Shown: one piece after another, positions 56,518 through 64,000 of the stretch
Layout: each line of letters opens with the position of its first letter
Position numbering within the stretch: position 1 is the stretch's first letter
Assembly: GCA_963813715.1 (NCBI GenBank)
Contig: CAWFAK010000017.1
Coordinates: forward strand, 512,001-576,000
Source: an uncultured Planctomycetaceae bacterium
GTDB taxonomy: Bacteria > Planctomycetota > Planctomycetia > Planctomycetales > Planctomycetaceae
DNA: 64,000 nucleotides
Direction of reading: 5' to 3'
The notes under the pieces: generated by a model
Database searches by the model: none
Told to the model about the DNA's origin: nothing
What the model saw: the letters and a program-made list of their open reading frames with translations, nothing else
Program-made: the position numbers and the translations under genes

Positions 56518-56817
56518 TGGCAGAGTTCCCGCAGGCTGGATCCTCGCGAGTTTTCGATTGCGCGGCGAGCCGAGCCTAACTCGTAGGCTGCGTCCTACTT
56601 GCATCGCGATATGCGTCGTGCGCCAAACCATTGCCAAAACACTGTTTAGAGATCGCCGCCAGCAAGAGCGGACGTGGCAGTGCGCAGCGTTCAAGCCTGC
56701 TCGCCCTGAATGCGGGCAGGCGAACGAGCGCGGCGATTTGTTATCCTGATCTGAGCTCCGGTGGCCGGTCATTGTGATGGCAACCGTTCGTCGGATTCGC
56801 GCGCTTGAAACTTCGAT

Positions 56818-57837
56818 ATGTCGCGTCTCAATCCAATTTGGACAGCCGGTCGGCTCAACGAGGCATTGGTGGGTGGGCAGCGATTCGTCGTTCTGTCTCC
56901 CGATGGTCGCGTTCTGCAGCCGGTCGAACTTGGGGCAAAGATTCTGGAGGCTGAGCGGCGCTTTGGCGCGGGAAAGGCGAACGTGCACAATCCCACGCCG
57001 TGGTCAGGCGACGGATGTATTCTGCTGCGGCCGTTAAGCGCGTGGGGCGATTTTGATTCCGGCCTCCTGCAACTGCCCCCATTGTTGTCACTGCTGGCCC
57101 TCAATCCCGAATCACATTGCTGGACCCACATTAGCCCGGGCAAATACGAAACGGTGGGGCCGTTTCTCGATTACTCCCATCCGCTCTGGGAATGGTTGGT
57201 GCGTGCAGCCCGAGGTGGCCTCGTGCGCTTCATCGCGACGCGCTTCCCATTTTCGTGGGAAGCGGGGGAGAGCCACGTCCGACTCGACGAGAAACGGATT
57301 CCCCTCCCCGGGCTGGCGCATGGCAGTCCCCGGGATGTTCCGACCTGGCTGCGGAATACCCTCGAGGATTTCGATCTGTGCCAAGTCGCCCCGAACGTGA
57401 AATCGCCCGCCGACGCCGTCGCCGTTTCGGCCGGCCTCTTGGAGCTGCACGACTTTGCGACCGAGAGCCACGAACGAGCCCAGAGCGTGGAGGGCCAGGG
57501 GCGACAACAAGCCGGCGATTACTGGCACGCGATCCACCATCGCCGCGAGCCCGACCCGGGAAACGCCAAATATTGGTTTCGCCACGTCGGTTCGCATCCG
57601 ATTCACGGCCGGCTTGCAAAGGTCGCCGGTTCGCTAGCGTCCGAGCAAAAGGCCGAAATTCGCACGGCCGTCGAGCGATTGCTGCCAAACGGGACGTGGG
57701 ACAGCTTCGCATTCGTTGATTTCTGTCAGCAGGCGGCCTCCGATCGCGATCCGGAGTTGGCCTGGGTCGCCCGCAAACTGCAGTTCTTCGAGATGACTTT
57801 ACTCCTGACCCAAAGCTACGAAGACGCGACAAGTTGA
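56818..57837 (+). CDS. Hypothetical protein
   Basis: 339-aa ORF; C-terminal conserved-looking motif SHERAQS..G...YWHAIHHRREPDPGNAKYWF..VG.HP...WDSFAFVD. Confidence 0.7.
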   Translation: MSRLNPIWTAGRLNEALVGGQRFVVLSPDGRVLQPVELGAKILEAERRFGAGKANVHNPTPWSGDGCILLRPLSAWGDFDSGLLQLPPLLSLLALNPESHCWTHISPGKYETVGPFLDYSHPLWEWLVRAARGGLVRFIATRFPFSWEAGESHVRLDEKRIPLPGLAHGSPRDVPTWLRNTLEDFDLCQVAPNVKSPADAVAVSAGLLELHDFATESHERAQSVEGQGRQQAGDYWHAIHHRREPDPGNAKYWFRHVGSHPIHGRLAKVAGSLASEQKAEIRTAVERLLPNGTWDSFAFVDFCQQAASDRDPELAWVARKLQFFEMTLLLTQSYEDATS

Positions 57838-57857
57838 GCGTCGCAGGCAGCTTAGCG

Positions 57858-57890
57858 TTGACATTCGATTCGGCCGGGCTAGAATCGAAT
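57858..57890 (+). promoter_or_regulatory. sigma70-type promoter overlapped by a palindromic operator
   Basis: TTGACA (57858) - 16 nt - TAGAAT (57880); inverted repeat ATTCGATTC-N10-GAATCGAAT. Confidence 0.6.
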
Positions 57891-58194
57891 TGAGTTCCGC
57901 TCGCCGATCCTGCTCACCGCAGCGGGCAAACCGGGTGGACATCCGATTCCAGGTAAACGCAGGCCCCGCATTGCTTTGGGGCGGGGCGCTGGCAGCTCTC
58001 GCTGGGAGTCTTCACCGGGAGCGAGGATGTTCCGGCCAACGGTTGCCTCCTCTCCCCAGAATTTCACCCTGGAATCGCGTCAGCCCGTGATTGCCGCGTT
58101 GTTCCGGTGTGCCGTTTCGCCGCTGGGTGCGAACGGTGTGTTCAAACGAGGACGGTTCGGGTGAGGCCGAACGTCCGAAAACAGAGGATCTATC

Positions 58195-58545
58195 ATGTCG
58201 CCAATGCTTGCCTTTTGGGAAAGCCCTCCGCAGCTGATTCTTGTGGCCTTCATCGCCCTGTTGCTCTTCGGCAAACGGTTGCCCGAATTGATGCGCAGCC
58301 TGGGCAAGGGGATCACGGAGTTCAAGAAGGGCATGAACGGCATTGAGGAGGAGTTGAATCGCGGCGGCGGCAATAACAGCAACTACAACAACAATCCGAA
58401 CTACAACAGCAACAACTATCTGCCGCCCCCGACGTATCACGAATCGGCGCGCCCGCTGCCGACCGAGGAACGCCCGGAGATCACCGCTCCGAAGTTTCAG
58501 CCGCCCACCGCTGCCCCGACCCCGCCGGCGACCCACATCAGCTAA
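58195..58545 (+). CDS. tatA: Twin-arginine translocase TatA/TatE subunit
   Basis: QLILVAFIALLLFGKRLPELMRSLGKGITEFKKG. Confidence 0.92.
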   Translation: MSPMLAFWESPPQLILVAFIALLLFGKRLPELMRSLGKGITEFKKGMNGIEEELNRGGGNNSNYNNNPNYNSNNYLPPPTYHESARPLPTEERPEITAPKFQPPTAAPTPPATHIS

Positions 58546-58868
58546 GGCGCACGAATCGGACGCGGCCCGACACTACGTGGCGTCGCCGCGTCCCGAATCG
58601 GCTGCCGACCTCCCTCTGGGGCTCGATCTCGCTCCGTCCCTGTGCATCTCCGCACCGGATTGGCGCTTGCGCCGTCTGATTCGGTTACTCGCCTTGGCGT
58701 GACGCAAAATCGCAACTCTTCGCGCGCCATCGTGTATCGATATGATTCTTGTTTCGTTATCGATCCGATTGAATTCGTGCGTGGCTGAATAGTCTCTAGC
58801 GCGAATAAATAATTCAATTTCCGTTCCAGAGTATGGCTTTACGTCAATTGAGTCACTCCGACAACTAA

Positions 58869-58884
58869 TTGGCACGTTCTTCGC
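58869..58884 (+). promoter_or_regulatory. Putative sigma54 promoter
   Basis: TTGGCACGTTCTTCGC: TGGCACG plus GG-N10-GC, after an AT-rich tract, ~100 bp upstream of the 58985 ORF. Confidence 0.7.
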
Positions 58885-58984
58885 TTTTCATACTCGCGTC
58901 AGTGCGAGAAACAAAAAAATCTGGTTCGGGAAACTTCTGAGTCACCATGATTTGGAACCGAACCCAAAGGTGAAGGAGTTAGCC

Positions 58985-59173
58985 ATGAAAAAGTTGCTCG
59001 TTGCTGGTGTCGCGGGTTTGATGTTGATGGCGGCTGCTGGGACTCAGACGGCGATGGCCGCTCCGTGGCGGGGGGCTTACCGTGGACATGTTGTGGGTCG
59101 CACCGCTTACCGCACGGCTTACGCTCACCCGCACTTCGTCCGTGGTCCGGTCTACCGCCCCTACTGCTGGTAA
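58985..59173 (+). CDS. Small secreted Arg/Tyr/Gly-rich peptide (62 aa)
   Basis: AAGGAG RBS; Sec signal MKKLLVAGVAGLMLMAAAGTQTAMA; mature part APWRGAYRGHVVGRTAYRTAYAHPHFVRGPVYRPYCW. Confidence 0.8.
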   Translation: MKKLLVAGVAGLMLMAAAGTQTAMAAPWRGAYRGHVVGRTAYRTAYAHPHFVRGPVYRPYCW

Positions 59174-59211
59174 GTGCTTCGGCTAGCGGGACGCGTTAAA
59201 GAGCCGGGCAA

Positions 59212-59272
59212 GAGCCGCCTGCTCCTCTCCCAGAAATCGCCTGGGAGAGGGACGGTACGGCTCATTTTTTTT
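59212..59272 (+). terminator. Intrinsic terminator
   Basis: GAGCCG...CCTCTCCCAG/CTGGGAGAGG...CGGCTC followed by a T-run. Confidence 0.65.
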
Positions 59273-59283
59273 GCGCGTGGCTG

Positions 59284-59347
59284 AACTCACTCGCGCATTG
59301 GGTTGGACGCAGGCGACATTACTAACCCGCAGCGTTAGTGAGGGCTC
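59284..59347. repeat. Degenerate REP doublet (same family as 21745-21806)
   Basis: AACCCGCAGCGTTAGTGAGGGCTC resembles AACCCGAAGCGTCAGCGAGG. Confidence 0.55.
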
Positions 59348-59417
59348 TTCGATCGCACCGGCAAAGATGAGCGTGATGCGAACCAGGGAACCGAGGCAAC
59401 GCGGGCCCTCGAGCGGC

Positions 59418-59873
59418 TCAAACCGCGCGCTGCGAGGGCACCGAAGTCGCTTGAGGTCGACGCGAAGCCGCGCGTCCCGCGTGAGCGCCGCGCTTGGACT
59501 GCTTGCCCCGCGGATGGACCAGCGAATCGATGCAATCGCACAAGGCGGCGATGCGAATGGGCCGCTGCACACAGCGGACGACCGGGGGTTTGCGCAGGCC
59601 GCTCAGGGCGTTAAAAGGCATCATGTCGGCCATCATCACGACAGGGAAGTGGGGACCGTCGTCGGCGCGGAGCTGCGCCAAAACACTTTCGCCCCCGCCA
59701 CCGGGTAACTCCCAATCGAGCAACAACAAGTCCGGCTGCCGACGTCGGATCTTGGACAGGCACTCATTGCCATCGACGGCCGTGTCGACCTGGTAACCAA
59801 AGTGCATCAGATAGGCACGACACAAGCCAGTCATCGCCGAGTCGGCGTCGGCCAGCAGCAATCGCGTTTTCAC
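59418..59873 (-). CDS. Stand-alone (atypical) response regulator receiver protein
   Basis: RLLLADAD; PDLLLLDWELPGGGG; the conserved Lys appears replaced (CVQRP). Confidence 0.75.
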   Translation of the reverse strand: MKTRLLLADADSAMTGLCRAYLMHFGYQVDTAVDGNECLSKIRRRQPDLLLLDWELPGGGGESVLAQLRADDGPHFPVVMMADMMPFNALSGLRKPPVVRCVQRPIRIAALCDCIDSLVHPRGKQSKRGAHAGRAASRRPQATSVPSQRAV

Positions 59874-60145
59874 CCTACGAGTCCTCTCGCGCCTCGCCGC
59901 TTGACTGCAACGAATCCGCGTCAATTAATCAACTGCCGCGCTGAGAGTCGCGATCGGGAGGTGCGCCGGGAGGCGGCGACCACGGGCAATCTCGTCAAGC
60001 GGTGCGCGCTGCCGCTCGGCTCAGGCTGCAGGGCCTGATTGTCGGCTCCGCGCGGCCCCGTCTGTGGCTCGCGGGACGATTTTCTTGTCCGGGAAATCAC
60101 CACACTCGGTTAAGGGCTGTCCCGGATGGTCGTCGTCGGATGGGC

Positions 60146-60607
60146 TCAAGCCGACGGTTTCTGGCCGGGATCGCTGAGGTGGGTGCGAAAGACGGCCCAC
60201 GAGTCGGCGACGACTTTGCGGGCCGCCCCTTCGATCAGCGTGCGGCTGAGAGCTTTCACCAGACCGGTCAACTCGGTGACCGTACTTTCCCAATCGAGGC
60301 GCGTGCCCGTTCCCTCGGGCTTGAGGTGGATCGACGTTTCGATCGTCAATCCCGCGCCGATACCTTTCCCGGTCACCCGCATCCGGGCCGACGACGGTCG
60401 GTCTGTCTCGAGGATGTCGAAAGTCATCTGCATGCTGCCGGTGAGGAAGGAGAATTTGGGGCGCACGCGACATTCGAGATGTTTGGGATCGAGCCGTTCG
60501 ACTTTTTCCAGCCCGGGTAGCGTCTTGGCCGTCACGCGGAGGTCGGTGATCTCGTCGAACACCGTCTCAACCGGATATTCAAAGTGCTCGGAGCCGGAAA
60601 AGTTCAT
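60146..60607 (-). CDS. CoxG/SRPBCC family protein
   Basis: [15 protein letters not shown]...TLPGLE...GKGIG...GTRLDW. Confidence 0.8.
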   Translation of the reverse strand: MNFSGSEHFEYPVETVFDEITDLRVTAKTLPGLEKVERLDPKHLECRVRPKFSFLTGSMQMTFDILETDRPSSARMRVTGKGIGAGLTIETSIHLKPEGTGTRLDWESTVTELTGLVKALSRTLIEGAARKVVADSWAVFRTHLSDPGQKPSA

Positions 60608-60690
60608 GTCGTTGTCCTTTCGCTGTCCGAGCGTGTTTCGAGGGTGGCCGGCCAAATGAATTCCGGCCGCACGAATGTCGGCGGATTGAC

Positions 60691-61283
60691 TCAGGCGAAA
60701 TTCGAGACGTAGGGGAGTTTGCCGGCCGTTTCGCGAATGGCGTCTTTCCCCTCGAGCAGCTGGGCGAGGAAGTCGAATTCCCCAGTGACGAGGGCCTTGC
60801 GCGCCCCACGGGCATCTCGAACGGGACGGAGTTGCCGCCGAAGTGGACGACGCCCGCGACGAGGTCGATCGTCACCGGCAGGCGATGGTCGCGCTCGATG
60901 GCGGCCGCCAGCTGCTCGAGCACGTCGCGCGGCAGACAGACACAGGCCACCCCCAGCGACGTGCAGTTGCCGAAGAAGATCTCGCCGAACGATTCGGCAA
61001 TGCAGGCCTTGAGTCCAAAACGAATCAGCGCCTGCGGCGCGTGCTCGCGCGAGGAACCGCAGCCGAAGTTCCGGCCGGCGACGAGGATCGAGCCCCCCTC
61101 GAAACGCGTATCGTCGAAGGGGTGCGTCGTCGGATGCTGCTGGCGATCGTCCTTGAAGGCGTGCTCGCCCAAGCCCTCGAAGGTCACGCAGCGGAGGTAG
61201 CGGGCCGGAATGATCCGGTCCGTGTCGATGTCATCCAACAACAGCGGAATAGCGTTTCCGGTAATCGACTCGAGTTTGTGCAT
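60691..61283 (-). CDS. leuD: 3-isopropylmalate dehydratase small subunit; frameshift near 60805
   Basis: [38 protein letters not shown]; alternate-frame end [11 protein letters not shown]...KLPYVSNFA. Confidence 0.95.
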
Positions 61284-61370
61284 AAGAGGTTTCGGAATCG
61301 GGGTCGACGAAACGAACGGAACAAACGTGGATCAGCGTCGGACTACGACACAACCGGATGTGACGCGCGG

Positions 61371-62792
<1,422 letters not shown>

Positions 62793-63073
62793 TGCGTGTC
62801 AAAACTCCTCTCAGAGTGGAATTCTAGCACGTTCGCCCCATGCCGTCAGGCTTCTGGGAGCCTTGCTTGCCGGCGTCGCAGCGACCATCACGCCACGGTC
62901 GGAGGGCGGTCAAACCGTCAGCTGCGAGCGGTCGGGAGTCCAAGAGACGACCTCGACACGGGCAGGTCGCCTTGCGTTCAAACGCGGTCGCGACAAGAAT
63001 GCGTCGGCCGCGTCCCCCGCGCACGACCGGCTCTGACGTAAAATGCATTGGGAAGGATGAAAGGCAGGCTCCC

Positions 63074-63538
63074 ATGGCCAATGCAAAAGTCGACGTCGTC
63101 GGGCAGGACGACATCCCGATTGTGCTCGAGTTGTATAACCGCATCTACCGGCCCACTCACGACGTGCAGTTCTTCCGCCGACGGTTTTTGGGGCGGTACA
63201 ACGTGCTGATGCTGGTCGCCACGCTGGACGAGGCGCCGGTCGGCTTCTTCTGCGGATTTGAGCTAAAACCGAGTGTCTTCTTCGCCTGGCTCTATGGCGT
63301 GCTGCCGGAACATCGCCGGAGCGGCATCGCCTCGCAGCTGATGGACGCCGCCCATGCCTGGGCCCTCAGCCACCAGTATCCGACGGTCCGCTTCGAGTGC
63401 CACAACACGCACCGCCCGATGCTGCAACTGGCGATCAGCCGCGAGTACGACGTCGTCGGCATCCGCTGGGACACGGACCGCGGCGAGAACCTGGTGATCT
63501 TCGAGAAGGTTTTGTCGCACGAGGGGCACGAGGGGTAG
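63074..63538 (+). CDS. GNAT family N-acetyltransferase
   Basis: GVLPEHRRSGIASQLM; ECHNTHRPML. Confidence 0.85.
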   Translation: MANAKVDVVGQDDIPIVLELYNRIYRPTHDVQFFRRRFLGRYNVLMLVATLDEAPVGFFCGFELKPSVFFAWLYGVLPEHRRSGIASQLMDAAHAWALSHQYPTVRFECHNTHRPMLQLAISREYDVVGIRWDTDRGENLVIFEKVLSHEGHEG

Positions 63539-63593
63539 ATCAAGGCCAGTCGTCGCGAGGGCTCTTGAAGCTTGCACCACCGGAACGGTGAGC

Positions 63594-64000
63594 CTACCGC
63601 GGGGCCTGCAACTGGGCGATCGATTTGATCGCGGCGTCCGTGATCCGCTGCTTCAGCCGACCGTAGCCGTCCCACGGATCGCGTTTTCGCTTTTTGATGT
63701 GGTCCAATGCATTCTTGACGTTGAAGGCGGCGCCGCTTGTCACTCGGCGGAGTTCGGTCCAACCCAGCGGCATGGAGACCGGCGCGCCGTCGCGGGCTCG
63801 GCTTGAATAGGGGGCGACGGCCGTCGAACCCCGTTCGTTGCGAAGATAGTCGAGGTAGATTTTTCGTGGCCGAGCTGCCTTGGACATCGTGGCCGCAAAG
63901 TGTGCGGGGTCTGCCGTCGTGATGATGTTGGCGACTCCGTGACAGAATTCCTTCACTTGGTCCCACGAGCGGCCGCGGGCGATCGGGGCGACGATGTGCA
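63594..64000 (-). CDS. ligD: LigD-type primase-polymerase domain (3' end of gene; 5' part outside window)
   Basis: [39 protein letters not shown]. Confidence 0.85.
   Translation of the reverse strand, partial: HIVAPIARGRSWDQVKEFCHGVANIITTADPAHFAATMSKAARPRKIYLDYLRNERGSTAVAPYSSRARDGAPVSMPLGWTELRRVTSGAAFNVKNALDHIKKRKRDPWDGYGRLKQRITDAAIKSIAQLQAPR

Noticed and set aside
56441..56817. Guanidine (ykkC) riboswitch ahead of the allophanate hydrolase operon
   Set aside because: No recognisable guanidine-I/II/III consensus; a sigma54-type promoter explains the region better.
57920..57960. c-di-GMP-I riboswitch (GGCAAACC)
   Set aside because: The GNRA tetraloop and the downstream GACGCAAAGC/P3 consensus are missing.
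58140..58185. Hammerhead ribozyme (stem followed by GAAA)
   Set aside because: No CUGANGA core is present.

Overview
High-GC bacterial DNA, almost certainly Planctomycetota (Planctomycetaceae-like). The lineage signs are a LEPR-XLL-type N-terminal motif, a DUF1549/DUF1553 + DUF1501 pair and planctomycete-type REP-like palindromes. Core or housekeeping genes include ssrA (tmRNA), purD, asd, lysA, leuCD, tatA, a uvrA paralog and the 3' end of a LigD polymerase domain. Accessory content includes a 1492-aa PqaA-like hydrolase/adhesin, a receptor-like Ser/Thr kinase with a periplasmic-binding-protein ectodomain, a halogenase + sulfotransferase pair and a complete triuret/biuret/allophanate catabolic operon with ABC importer and a sigma54-type promoter. 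About 15 frameshifts, including in purD and leuD, point to uncorrected long-read indels rather than pseudogenes. The most unusual non-genic structure is around ssrA. (i) An exact 13-bp copy of the ssrA 3' end lies 965 bp downstream and delimits an integrase-less islet. It is followed by a structured repeat that recurs 1.4 kb later around an MFS gene, giving a tandem cassette-like arrangement. (ii) Two strand-biased GGGAC arrays bracket a carbamoyltransferase + GNAT segment just upstream of ssrA. Also notable are a uvrA paralog coupled to a nucleotidyltransferase-fold protein lacking its catalytic aspartates, and a structured ~300-nt leader before tatA. All family assignments come from motif recognition by eye; no database search was run.
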